64,000 nt of DNA from Psilocybe cubensis (lineage: Eukaryota): NCBI GenBank assembly GCA_017499595.2, contig CM039008.1, positions 992,001-1,056,000 of the forward strand, given 5' to 3'. Every line of letters begins with the position of its first letter. The stretch's first letter is position 1. Both the position numbers and the translations under genes were made by a program. The notes under the pieces were generated by a model, which saw only the letters and a list, made by a program, of their open reading frames with translations, was not told the origin of the DNA and ran no database searches. Positions 12,266 to 24,544 of this stretch are shown piece after piece.

Positions 12266-13581
12266 ATGTCTGTCTCTTCTAACACCATAGTTCTACAGCC
12301 GTTGGTTGCAGAGATCCACAATGACACGTTACTGACGCTTGGTCTTGCTTTGAACGATGGCAACCGCCTAGCGCCCATCTTTTCTCAATATGGCAAAATC
12401 CCACATGTCTTACGGGACCTTGACGAGAGTGTGCACAAGTTTGTGAGTATTAGCTGTTCAAAGTTACACCTAGCGTTTGACTTTCTCCTTTTCTTTAGGA
12501 GCATACCTGACCAGCAGACCAAGTTATGGTGGTGCAAGATGCCACTAATCTCTGTTTCGAACTGCGTACTGCTTATTTCAACATACAACGAGCTCTTTGT
12601 TTGGCCAACCCCGCGCTCCCCAAGATGCCTCAATCACCGGCGTTTGAAGTGGTGTTTGGTATTTGCAAGACCATCCAGCAACTTTGCCATGGCGCGACGC
12701 CCGAAGCTTTATCTACGGAAGTCAGTGCATCTTTGTCCGTCAAGCCTGGCAATGTCCTTTCTGTTGGAAACTCCTCCACTGGTGGCGGCGCCACTCCTGG
12801 AGAGCGCATGGAGCCTTCACGTCACAAGGTGAGGCCCAACTTTACACCTTTTAATTCCTTCTGCGTCAAACCACCACCGCCTTCCAGCGTTCCCGGCGAG
12901 TCATAAAGTCCAAGACTATTGTCGAATCCTCTGACATATGCCCTTTTTGTCTCTTTCTTCTCTTCTGGTGCTTAAGCGTTGTTTACTAATGTTTTTAGCA
13001 GGAGGATGAGGTAACACGATATGACCTCATATTATTTATCTTGCAACTCATTGACGGTATGCAGGCCATGTCCGTTGACAACGACGGCCCAAGTCAAATT
13101 GCAATCCCTACCACCATTGTGGACTCTTCTACCCCTGGTGCTTCTCAGCTGGGTTCTTCTTCTGTTTTGTCTAAGGGCAAGGGGACAAACAAGGTGTGTG
13201 TGCCTCACTAATTCGCATCTCCCTACCTGATTACCGTTCTTAGCGGCCTGAAACTGTTCTACTTGACTATGAAGCCGCCGGTGTATCATCCAGTGAGCCT
13301 GCATTGCAGAAGGCATGCCGATATGCCAACAAACGTGTGCGCTCCAAAGAGGCTAAGTCTAGTAAGTGCCACTCAATTTTTCGTCTCACCATTTGCCTAC
13401 TCATGCCACTTGGGCAGTGACTACACTGGGTTTCTCTCCCAAGAACTTGTCTGTAGACCATGCTTTGTATAATCTCTACAAGGAAAAAGCCGACTAGGAG
13501 TTCCACTTGTCGCATTTACACAACTAGAATGAGCTAACCTTGAAGGAGATTGCCAACTATACTCGCTTGAAAAAGGGCTGA
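12266..13581 (+). pseudogene. Antisense 7-exon gene inside the gypsy element (~325 aa, unknown function), with 3 nonsense changes and one mutated donor
   Basis: Exons 12266-12442, 12499-12828, 12888-12935, 12999-13010, 13065-13193, 13244-13361 and 13418-13581. Introns are 56, 59, 63, 54, 50 and 56 nt, and splicing keeps one frame. Confidence 0.75.
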
Positions 13582-13698
13582 GCGTACCTACGATAAGACA
13601 CCTTACTGCTTATGGGTTTTTATTCTAGGCCGTGATTCTTTCTTCGTGTAGATCTTAGTCATGGTTTTCCCATTGTGTAGCGACTTCAATGTCACCAT

Positions 13699-16600
13699 TT
13701 ATGCTGACTCGTCTTTGGAGCCCCAATTTGTTAGTGGGAGCCTGTCCCAATCCGGGGCAGCTGTGAATTCTTCTTTGCTGGATGCTTCTATGCGGTCTAA
13801 CCCTTCTGGAGAGGTATCTAGTATTTCTCCTATGTCATCAGGCAACGGTATGTGCTCACGCGCGTAGTATGGGACTACCCGGAATGCACCTACTTTATTC
13901 TGCCACACAGCCCCGTCCATTTTCGCCACAATATAGGCCCCTTCCTGAGTCCTCCTGACCACAATCATTGGGCCCAGGTAGCGTGGTGTCAGCTTACTGC
14001 TGTGTGATGACTCCACGGCTGTATTCCTGACCAGGACTAGGTCACCAGGGCTGAAGCTATAATTACGTATAACCACTTTGTGGTCCTCCTCGTACTTGTG
14101 CAACCATGCATATTTTTCCTTGTCTATTCTAGAGCGCATGCGATCCACATGCTCACGGTGCTTCATCAGTGCTTTAGCTTGGTAAGCTATGAGTTCTTCG
14201 ATACTCATCAATCCTTCTGGCAGATTAACTAACCAGGTTGCTTCCTGGACATCTAGCGGCAAAATAGGGTGCGCGGCTGTAACCAGGAAGTACAGAGAAC
14301 ACCCCAAGCGTCGCCAAATTGTTACACAATCTGCCCAAAACACAAAGGTGAGGAACCAATACCACTTCTTAATGTTTTCTTCGCCTAGCATCTTATACAA
14401 CATCTGTCAAATGTCAAAGTAATATTGTTCAATCTTTCTGTTTGCCTTTGAGTTATACGGTGAGATTTTAATCCCTGTGATATCATACTTCTCTCTAAGC
14501 CATTTGATTGCCACTACAAAAGGTGGTCCGTTATCCGTGACAATCGTGGTAAGACACCCCCCAGCGACATAGGATGTCCTCCCATAGCCACTGTCCTATC
14601 GCCCTACCTGTTTCTCGTACCAGGCCCCGCCCTTCTATCCAGGTCGTCAAGTTGTCTCTGCCATGCACCACCGTGTTGCATCCATTCAACGGAGGTGTCA
14701 TCCTCATACTGTCAGCGTGTAGTACTTGGAATATGGACGGTGTGAAGGTCATTATTGGCCTGAGTCGCAACAAGGTGTGTTGTCTCTGTTGGCACCTGTG
14801 ACACGTCTTCACATACCAGTTTATATCCTTTTCTATTAAGGGCCACTAGAATTGCTGGACCAGCATCTGGGTAGTCGCGTATACCCCTCTGTGCCTGGTG
14901 TGATCGTGTGCTGATTTCATCATGTACATTCTATCATTTTTGGGTACTACCAGTCGGTGCGTATTTTTGTAACTATGCAAGTACAACTGTTCCTCATGCT
15001 CAAAGAATCTGCGGGCATATCTTGTAAAGGTCTCCTGTCAATGCCCCGACCACCCTTTGCCTTTCCACTTTTTGTCTCGTAACCATACCTTGACCCACTC
15101 CAGGTCGTTATCCTGTTGTTTGGCAAGCGTAGTCCGGTGTTCTTCATTATAACGTGCCACCCTGTCTACTTTGGCTGGTAGCGCCAGGATGTTTGTGAAC
15201 TGTTCAAAAACCGTTCTTTGTTTGGTGGTTAGTTTTGTGTGCTGTTGATCCAATCATGCTTCTATAGCCTTCAATTCTTCTGCACGTAACTCATCTGCAC
15301 GACTAAGTTCTTTACTCAAGTCCTTGGTGGTCTTGGCAGCACCCGCCAAGCATCCTGTGTCTGGCACAATTTGATCGACGAAAGTCTCTATCGGTCTTGG
15401 CTTTTCACTTGGCGACAGACTTAGTGCGATATGTTGTAAGTACCCTCCTCTATTATCTATCAGAGGTTGGAATTTACTTATATCTTGCAATCCCCTCTCT
15501 GTGTCATCAAAGACTTCCGTAGGGGGCAACTTCCACTCCTCTACCTCATCACCCGCGGTTCCAGGTGGCTCATACCATGGCTATCCCTTCCTTCTTGACA
15601 ACCCGTCGGGACCAAAGGTCTTGCCTGCCTTATGCCTTAAGGTAAATTGATACAACATTATTTCCTCTATCCACCTATTGATTGTGGCATTAGGCATCAT
15701 ATCAGGATTTCGCAGCATACCATCAATGTATTGCGTGTCTGTCTTGACCACTAATTTTTGACACCCAATCAGATAAGCCCTGTTTTCTTTTAGTGCCCAC
15801 TTGAGCCCATATAACTCTCGCTTCGGTTGTGAATACCTTGACTCGTGTTTGTGCAAAGTTATCAAGCCAAATTTTACATAGTTGATGGTGCCATCCAAGT
15901 TTTCCTGATAAATATAGTACCCTATTGCAATGAACGAGGTGTTTACTGCCAATACAACCGCGTTTGCCACTTCATAATCTATATTTTTCAGACAGGGTGC
16001 GTTCTCGGCAGCTTGTTTTAACAATCCCATACTAGACTCTTGCTGTGGCCCCATTCAAACACTCTTTTCTTTTGGGTGAGTTTTTGCAAGTGATAAGCTT
16101 TCTCTGTGTACCCGGGTATGAAGGCTCTCAGTGTTCCACATGTACCTAGAAAGGCACGTATGTCCCCTATGTCTTTGCAAGGCGCCCATTCACTTATGGC
16201 CTTAACCCTTTCTACCATGGGTTTTCTTCCCTTGTACGTACATCTATGCCCGACTACTGGAATCTCTTTGGCGCATAGAACTGATTTGTAACCTGAGAAT
16301 GTCCTGCCCGCATATTTTATACGCTGGAGTACACGGTTCACGTTTCCTAAATGCTCCCATACAAATCGCCTGATGCCACTATTCTGTGGAATAGTTTCAA
16401 AGGTGCTCTCCACTTTGTATGGGGTTGCAGGTCCTTGGACGGCTACATCATCAATGTATGGTATCGTCACATTTGGTATCTCTTCCTGCAATATGTATGT
16501 TACATCGTCATGAAATATAAGTACTGAGTTCGTCCATCCCATTGGCAGGATCACCAGCCTCATGGCGCCAAATGGCGTTTGAAATGTAGTTATGTCTCTA

Positions 16601-17610
16601 AACTTTTCATCTATTTTTTGTTCATCATAGCCTACGTATAGGTCAAACATCCTGCCACATGCGCGTTTCGCAAAGTGCATAGTGAGGTCCTCCGTACCTG
16701 GCGGTAGGCCGGAATGGGCTATGGTTACTGCGTTTAGAGGTTCCAGGCTATGCACAATGCACAGGCTCTTCCCATCCTTCTTCAGCACTGTAAACCATCT
16801 TGAGCGGTAGGATGCATTTGAGGTTTCATAAACTCCTGACTCTTGCTTAGATTTTATTATTTTACAGACCTCCTCGTATAGTCCCTTCAGAATAGGTATG
16901 TTTTTATAAACCCAGGGTGTGTGCTCCACTGTGGGTATCTTAACTGGGGGAAAGAATTCCTCTTTGAAGTGCCCGCGTTTGCTGTTGTCCCAGGCAAATG
17001 CTTGGTTTTGTTGCATGATGATATTGTGTACCAGTTTCCTTTCTTCTGGCCACAGAAATTCATCTCCATGTACCTTGTCCATTGCCTCCATACGTTCTTG
17101 CGTATAACAGCGTGTTGGCACAAAGTCCGTAGGGTGCGGATTCAGCTGGGGCATGTCTGCCAGCAGATCTCCCTTGATTTGGCGCTTTATGCAGAATTCT
17201 TCCGGCAAGTCAGTATAAACTGGCCTTACTTTTTGCACTACTGGTTTATATCTCTTCTTGCCCAGATAGGTTGCCAGTTGCCTTGTTATTTTAGCCTTTT
17301 GAGTGCCTGTCTTTCGTGATACGTTATATGTTTTGCCTTGAAAGAACTGCTCCAATCTTTGCTTATCTTTTGGTTCCATTACTTTGTGTTCTAATACTTG
17401 GGATAGAAACGCCTCTCTGACCTCTTTCCTCAAGAACTTATCTGCTTTAATCTGGTATGCGTGAATTTTTAGCTCCTGTGTCTTTTTATTTAATTCAAAC
17501 ACGGCTGCCACCTCTCCGCCCTCGCCGATTTGGTTCAACAAGTTAGCCTTGAGGTTGTCCTCGAGGTGGATTAAAAACCCTCCGCCTTTTTCTTTCTCTT
17601 GTCTGTACAT
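13699..17610 (-). pseudogene. pol: Gypsy pol (RT, RNase H, integrase), broken by stops and frameshifts
   Basis: RT: SNASYRSRWF, FDLYVGY, LPMGWTNS, YIDD. RH: YSQPKRELYGL. IN: CHRCQ and KLTPRYLGPM (GPY/F-like). No chromodomain seen. Confidence 0.95.
17552..17580 (-). promoter_or_regulatory. Putative -1 ribosomal frameshift signal between gag-PR and RT
   Basis: G GGT TTT heptamer directly before the gag-PR TAA. The -1 frame continues GFLIHLED into pol. A GAGG-ACAA-CCTC hairpin lies ~8-11 nt downstream. Confidence 0.7.
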
Positions 17611-19990
17611 GTTTTTGGTCCTCTGCCTTGCTCAAAGATAGGAACCACTGCTTTCCTCCCAGTGTTAGGGTCCTCTATACAAATAGTGGCGGACCCATCA
17701 TGTTCTGTCTGCACGTTGGACCGCGTTAATGAGTCGAAGGTTCGTCCCAGCAGGATAGTATAGGCTGGGTTCCTAATAACATGGACCTGCAGATATATGG
17801 TGATGCCTCCAAAGGTGAATGGCACGTTCCTTGCAAGTCCTAACATGTGGTTAATAGTTTTATTTGCGCTTTCCATGTTGATGGTAACGTTGGGATCCCA
17901 GCTTAGACCTGTCCTAAGGGCTACTTCCTCAGACATGGATACTATTTGGGACCCGCTATCCATTATAGCTTTGATCTCTTCTACTCCATTGATTTTGGGC
18001 CAGAGAGACCGCAGTTGTTTGGTTTCTTTCCCTGTGTAGGTGGAGGTTGGTAACTTTTTCTCACCCTGCTGTAGTAACTGCAAGTAGAGGTTATTACCAA
18101 CTTTATATTGCTTTTGTGAGTCTAATTTATTGGTCAATATAAACACCGCTAACGGTTCTAATTGGGACGTTGATATTTTTATGGGAGTGACATCTTTTTG
18201 CAAGTGCTCTCGCACTTGTGGCGCACTGCCCAGTAGGTCTCTTACAGTCACTGTGACTAGTGCACTCATAGCTGTTTCATGTAGCTGCTGACTGATTATA
18301 ATGTTTTCAACTAGTGCCTTAGTACTATACACCGGTTTTGACTTGTAATCCGGCCCACGCATGTCTATTATGGGTCGCACAACTTCATTTAGTGGTTGTA
18401 CATCTATGTACGGTAGCTTGTTTTTATTTTTCTCTGTGTCTTCTTTATCTGCTTCTGCTTGTGCAGGTGTATTACCGTTCTCCGGGTTGTTTTGTTGTTG
18501 GAAATGCGGTGAGGTACATCGTGCCCCTTCATAACCCTTCCTCGAACTTAGGGAAAATTTCCCAGGGTAGGTTCTTCTTCTTCATCAAGAACTGGATGCC
18601 TCCCTAACACTGCCTCAAACGTGTCGTCCCCAAAGTCTTCTCAAAGGTTCATAAGGGATTTAGACAATTCATATTGTCTATGTAGTCGGTAGTGAGCAGC
18701 GTCCAAAGGTGAATCATTGTGACTCTGCCAGAAACTCAAAGTTTTGCTGACCGGTATAACCCCTGGTGTCCTATGCAAGCTTTCAACTACCTCTTTTCGT
18801 GACTTATTTCCCATTGGATGTACCTGGGACCCATCTGGTAATCTCACATACCCCTCGGCATTCTTGATGACCCATTTGTTATTTAAGTGCCGTCTCACAT
18901 GTGGGCAATCTATTATAATGTGGGTTTCCTCCTTACAGTAATGACACCCTGTGGTCTGGCTTATGCAAGCTTTGGGTGCAAAAGCTGTTTGAGACGTCTG
19001 TGGAAATGCCGCAGTTGGCACTGTATTTAACTGTAGACTATTTTTGAAGGTGAGCATCATGTTCTGGAATTCTAGCATCTGTTTATGCTGGCTTTCCTGT
19101 AACATTTTTAGCTCTAGGGCTCATTTATGCTCTTGGTTACTGATTACATCTGACAACTGAGATATTTGTTCTTCTAATTTGACATAATTCTTGTCCTTAG
19201 ATTCCGGAACCAGGTCTGAAGCTCTATACGCATGTGTAGTCTGGTAGGTTCCTTTCAGCAGTGCGTTAGAGTTCCATTTGGCTGCTTTTTCAGCTATGCT
19301 AATAGCGGCCTCAATGACATCTTCAAACTTATGCCGGTCTTCTCATCGGACCAGCTCTATCTCATTGGACTCTTCCGCTGCTTCGTCTTCAGCTGGCGGC
19401 TGATTCTAGGTTTTGACTACATTTGTAGTATCCAACTTGAAGTCCAGTTTCTGGCCTATTGGTCTGGCAAACTCCGTTGTCAAACAACCGATAAATCGCT
19501 CTACTAGATCACGGTTAGATAGTAGTGCGGGAGGCTGTAACAGTTTCCCAGCTTCTGCTCTAAAGGTTTGTACTAAAGCCATTAAGCCTAGGCTATCATG
19601 ACTTTTAATTTGGTTATTTCCACTATGTTTTTGGCATATTTTGTCCAAGGCATCGATAGAACCTCTATGTAGATTAACAGCTTCTGGGTACGACATGATC
19701 AGGTCCTTCCTGAATCGCTTCCAGGTGCCCTTCTGGAACATACTGAATGCACGCCATTCTGCCTCTGTAGTGGGGGATATGTAACAACACACAACTCGCT
19801 TCTTTTCTTTGTCAGTCTTGACTCTGTACTTTTTGAATAAGTCATCAAGCTGATCCAAGAAACGCAGTAGTTCCTCTGGCTTGTTCTTATCGAACTTTGG
19901 TGTGCCTTTATCGCCTAACAATGGTAAGTCTTTCGCCATTGTTTCTGTATTATTATGTTGTTCTAGAACTTGCTTGCTCTCTTCAGCCAA
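17571..19990 (-). pseudogene. gag: Gypsy gag-protease, disrupted
   Basis: Gag N-terminus TPKFDKNKPEELLRFL, zinc knuckle CHYCKEETHIIIDC, protease IMDSGSQIVSM..ILLGRTF. Confidence 0.9.
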
Positions 19991-20336
19991 TAAATAGACT
20001 GTTTCATCAGCAGCGAGTGGTTTGGTATTTGGTTCTAGTTGTTCGGTATGGGCACTACTCGACGCGGTGTCAAGGTCTACTTCGATTTTTTGTATTGCGT
20101 CTACGATAGACTGAAGTGGCTGTTTTTTATTTATTATGGACTTATGTGTCCCACGTTTAATAGGTTTTTGTTATTGTTTAAGTTTACGGGTCTCAGCTGC
20201 AGCGTAGGACTCTGCGGTTTTGTCACTGATTCCTGCTCACGCGCTTCGACGGGTTGCCACTGTCGCGTTTTTACAAACACTTAGTAAGCTTTTTGTGTTT
20301 TTATATTTTTGACTCTACTGACTAACCTCCCCTCGC

Positions 20337-20347
20337 GGTGGGCTCCA
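20337..20347 (-). promoter_or_regulatory. Gypsy primer-binding site (TGGAGCCCACC), possibly tRNA-Lys type
   Basis: Starts with TGG 2 nt after the 5' LTR. The tRNA assignment is an inference. Confidence 0.65.
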
Positions 20348-20349
20348 GA

Positions 20350-21120
20350 TGAAGTGTTGTGCGGTTTTGTAAGACTGGTAACCCAATCTTCCTTACTCAC
20401 ACAGACCTTGTTCTTCACCAAATATATATTTGTAGAGGTATTAGAGAAGCTTTGTAGTTTGTTTAGAAGTTGTGCTACACTTGCCGCCCTAGGATCTCAA
20501 TGTACTGAGTCAACTTATCAAGGTGTTCACAACAGTCCAAGTGACTCTTAAATTAACAAGATCCAACGGATTGCGCAAACAACTCAATTAATCAAAATAC
20601 AATGATTCAATCTTTATTACACGACTTCAATTAACTTGCCAAAAATGGGTACAAACCCGAAACTACCACCTGTTCTATACAACGGGGGTTGCTTGCCTTT
20701 CCTCTCGCTGTTCCTCTCCCTTTTATCCTCTGACGCTTGGTCCATGCATATTGAGCTTGGTGCTGTTCTGATCCGTTTTTCCATATGTGTTGAGCGGAAC
20801 AGTTGAATTTTTATCCCTCACGCTGGATGAGCTTTCCTCTTTTGTTTCACTCACTGTTATACTTCCTAGCTTGTGCTCATGGCCGCGTTTCTCAGTTTAC
20901 TGGTCGGTTTGAACTGGGTGACAGTCCCTTGCGCCCTGAGTATAGCACCCTGGTCTGTCATCCTCCATCTCACCGCCGCGTTTAAGTTTTATTTTGTGGC
21001 TTATACTTTGACGCGCGCTTGTGCATGCCTCATCACCTGACTTAGTCAAGGCTCGGCCCGTGTTCTAATTTTAGCTCTTGTTCATGTTTTTCCAGGCTCA
21101 CGCAACAGCACTTCTCATCA
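20350..21120 (-). repeat. Gypsy 5' LTR
   Basis: Direct repeat of 11267-12041, followed on the minus strand by the PBS. Confidence 0.95.
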
Positions 21121-24100
21121 ACATCTGTGCCCAATCCCAAGTGGACAAAGGAAGGCCTACTTGAGCATATCCTTTCATTTGTTGTTGAAGATGATCAAGT
21201 ATGTATTCTTTTGTTTTATGATTTTATACTTACGTTTATTGGTGTAGGCATTTCTGGTAATTGAAAAAGACTCTTTTCAAGCTCTTTTGAAATACTAGTG
21301 TCCTTCTATAAAGGATGATGACATTCCAAAATGTACAAAGTTGCTTGAGGAGGTCATAAAAAAGGCCAAGGTAGCAGTTAACTACTTAATTGGTCACTTC
21401 AAAGTATGTTCATTGCATTTTTACTTTATATAAGCCTATACTTATTAAATTTAGACTATTTCCAGTCAGATATTGATTACCTTTGATGCCTGGACCTCAA
21501 AGTCATATAATCCATATCTTGGTATTACTACTCATTATATTGATAGCCTGCTTGATAAGCCTCTTGATTGGGAGCTCAAATCCTGTGTCTTGGGCTTTGA
21601 GGAAATTAAAGGTAATCATGGTGGTGCCAATATAGCTGTTTTTGACCGCTTTGATATACAGAATAAGGTATATATTTTTATTTTCTTGTACATTTATTCT
21701 AATATTATGTTTAGATTGGTTGGGGGACAGTAGATAATGCTACTTCTAACAACAAAGCTATGCACTGTCTTCAATATGTTTTAAATACCATATTTTTATA
21801 ATTTTTAAGGAGCATGGAGCACACTATTCATCTAGCAACTAAAGCTTTTATTGAAATGGTTAATCCTTGCTTTTCTATACACTCAACCAAAAGAAATATT
21901 GTGTCCGCTTCTTTATGTTTTTTTATATACTCAATAAAAACAGGTACTGTGACAATGGAAGATAAAAATGAGATTGAGGAAGACGATGATTTAGACTAGA
22001 CTGCTAACTGGACATATCTTGATTCTGTTTCTGATAAAGAAGAGATTGATAAAGTTATTAATTTTCTTCCTAGTGATGTTCTAGGAAAAGTTCTAGCCTT
22101 GATTAACCAGGTGAGTATTTATTATTTTTTATTTACTTTTTCTAATATACATTTTAAATATGTCTTTCTCCACAAGCCAAGGCATACTTTGGCATTGTGT
22201 GTAAGGAGGAAGCACTTTCTCTACTTGAGTTAATCAAGTGGATTTATACCCAATGGGAATCTATGTTTGATTTAGTTGAACGGTTTCTTGAAAATGAATT
22301 AGTATGTATTTTGATTTCTTCTATTTCTTATTTTCACCTTCTTTTTAGGCAGTAAACAAGTTTGTACTTGTTGCGGATATGTCTAACCATATTCCAAAAT
22401 TGAAGAACAAAAAGTATGCTGACTTTTATCTTACTGAACATGAATGGGATCTCCTACAGCTAATGAAAGAAGTTTTGGAGGTGTGTGTACTTTTCATTGA
22501 TTTATACATAAATATTTATTGATTCTATTAGCATCCACATGCCGTCCAGTCTGAGTTCTCATCTGAGACTCAGACAACTTTGTGGAAAACTATTCCTATG
22601 CTTGAATGTCTTCAGGATAGTTGGGAAAATCTTTTAAAGATTTCCCAATTTGCTCCTATTCATGCTGCTATTCAAAAAGATCTAGATAAGCTTTGCAAAT
22701 GGTATTTGACCATTGATGAGAGTGATACTTATTTTATCTGTTTGGGTGAGCATTTTTATTTTACTCTTTTTTATTATTTTTTTAACTTTTCATGCTAGTA
22801 CTTCAACCTGACATTAAGCTTGCTTATTGCAAGAAAATGTGGGATGAAGAATATTATGACAAGAGATATAATGCTTTATGTGATATGGTGTGTATTTTAT
22901 TTCTTTATTATTAGTTATAACATTATCTGATTTACCTATAGTTTAACTTATATTATAAGCCATGCAAATTGGCTTTTCAGTCTTTACAATCATAAAACTC
23001 ATTTCAAGGTAAGTATTATTATTTATATTAATGGATTTTTTCTAATTTGTTTGGTATTTGAAAGAGAGAGTGCTATTAAGTCTAGCTATGCATCAGCTTG
23101 GATTCAAAACAGCATTCAATCCAAGGTCAATAGTCAAACGGCGGCTTAAAATCCACAAAAGGAGCTTTGTGATTATCTTGAAAGTGATCTAAAGCAAGTT
23201 TCTGATCCTATCAAGTAGTGGGGTGTAAGTAATTTGATAGTTTATTCTTTTATTTTATCTAATGCATTATTTAGTATCATTCAAAGGAATATCCTACCCT
23301 TTCACGGATTGCACACAACTATTTGGCCATTTAAGGCTCATCTATAGCAGCTGAACACTCTTTTCCAGCTAGTGCATTGACTAATGTTCTCAATTGTAAC
23401 CAGATAAATCCAGAACTCTTTGGGTATCTTCAAATTCTCAAAGATTGCTACAAATATAAACTAATAACTGCTTCTAATGAGACAAAGGCTCATGAGCCTA
23501 TGGATTGGGAATCTATTTAAATATCTTGTTATATTTTTAAAAATATTATCTTTAAAATTTTGTCAGTTCTATCAGTTCAAACCTGAACCAAACCAACTAA
23601 ACTGGTTCTAACAGTTTAGGTTCAGTTCAGTTCAGGTTCAGAAATTTTTTAGTGGGTTTAGTTCTGGTTTGGCAAAAATTGGGCTCCGAACCAAATTGAA
23701 CCAAACTTTGGCATCCCTATCCCTTAAAGTGAAGTAATTGGCAAAGTAGCCTAACACATAGTAAGAAGGACTAAGCACCAATTGTACATAGAATTATATA
23801 GAATAACAGTGGCTGAAGAGTGTACATGCATAGATGCAAATAAGAGGAATTAGAGATGTAAACATTGACACAAGGTTTTACCATTGTTAAAAAATAATAG
23901 TAAACAAATTGTTTAAGAAGACATAAGGTAGATGTCATCCATAATTGAATAATGTTACGTGCGCTAAGGTGACAGTCCCAAAATAGCAATCCAGCCTAAA
24001 TTTTACAAAAAAAAACATGGTTTTGGAGAGAATAAATATATTTTCTGCAAAAATTGAACCAACAAAAGGAAGATATAGTTAAACAATGTGCTAATCTCTA

Positions 24101-24544
24101 TTTTCTTGGCAAACAAAGTTGTTTGGAGAAGTTATTTTCCAAACAAGGTTGCAGTACTTGTAAGGTGGGCCAGTGCTATCACATGGCATATACAAGGCCT
24201 TATTAGATAAAAACCTATTTAATACAAATTCAAAAGTTAAATTCAAAAGAAAAAATTCAAGTTGAATACATAAAATTAATCACACATACTATTAATAATA
24301 TTTCCAACAACAGATTGATTGATACTAATAAAATTTTAATTTTGAATACCAGATGTGAACACATATTACATATGTTTCTATAACAGACCAAAAATATAAA
24401 TCATGGTTAGAGCCTAAAAAGACACCTTCTACGTGATTCGAAATCACGACTTTAAAAGCAGAATCTGATGAGACGCTTACTAACTAAACCATACTTGAAC
24501 ATTGAGCAGGGCAAAACTTGATAATATGTAGTTTTGCTAACTAC

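Larger units (their letters stand above)
11267..21120 (-). mobile_element. Full-length Ty3/gypsy LTR retrotransposon (~9.85 kb), degenerate, 4-bp TSD ACAT
   Basis: Two ~775-bp TG..CA LTRs; ACAT at 11263-11266 and 21121-21124; PBS and PPT present; domain order gag-PR-RT-RH-IN. Confidence 0.97.
10860..23520 (+). pseudogene. Multi-exon hAT transposase pseudogene (BED finger, DDE core, C-terminal dimerisation domain)
   Basis: ICKIC..GSNSSLCKHI (BED-like); LDMYVTSVPNPKWTKEGLLEHILSFVVEDDQ after removing the gypsy element and one TSD; ITFDAWTS; CMEHTIHL-like; YPTLSRIAHNYLAI*GSSIAAEHSFS (hATC). Short GT-AG introns and several stops. Confidence 0.9.
10580..23719 (+). mobile_element. 5'-truncated hAT DNA transposon interrupted by the gypsy element
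   Basis: 3' end ..CCAAACTTTGGCATCCCTA with GAACC/GGTTC subterminal repeats (23570-23719). Transposase exons lie on both sides of the gypsy insertion. No matching 5' TIR was seen, so the left boundary is uncertain. Confidence 0.8.

Noticed and set aside
12173-12832. Unspliced 219-aa ORF as the real product
   Set aside because: It reads through a clear 56-nt intron (12443-12498). The spliced model explains the neighbouring frames better.
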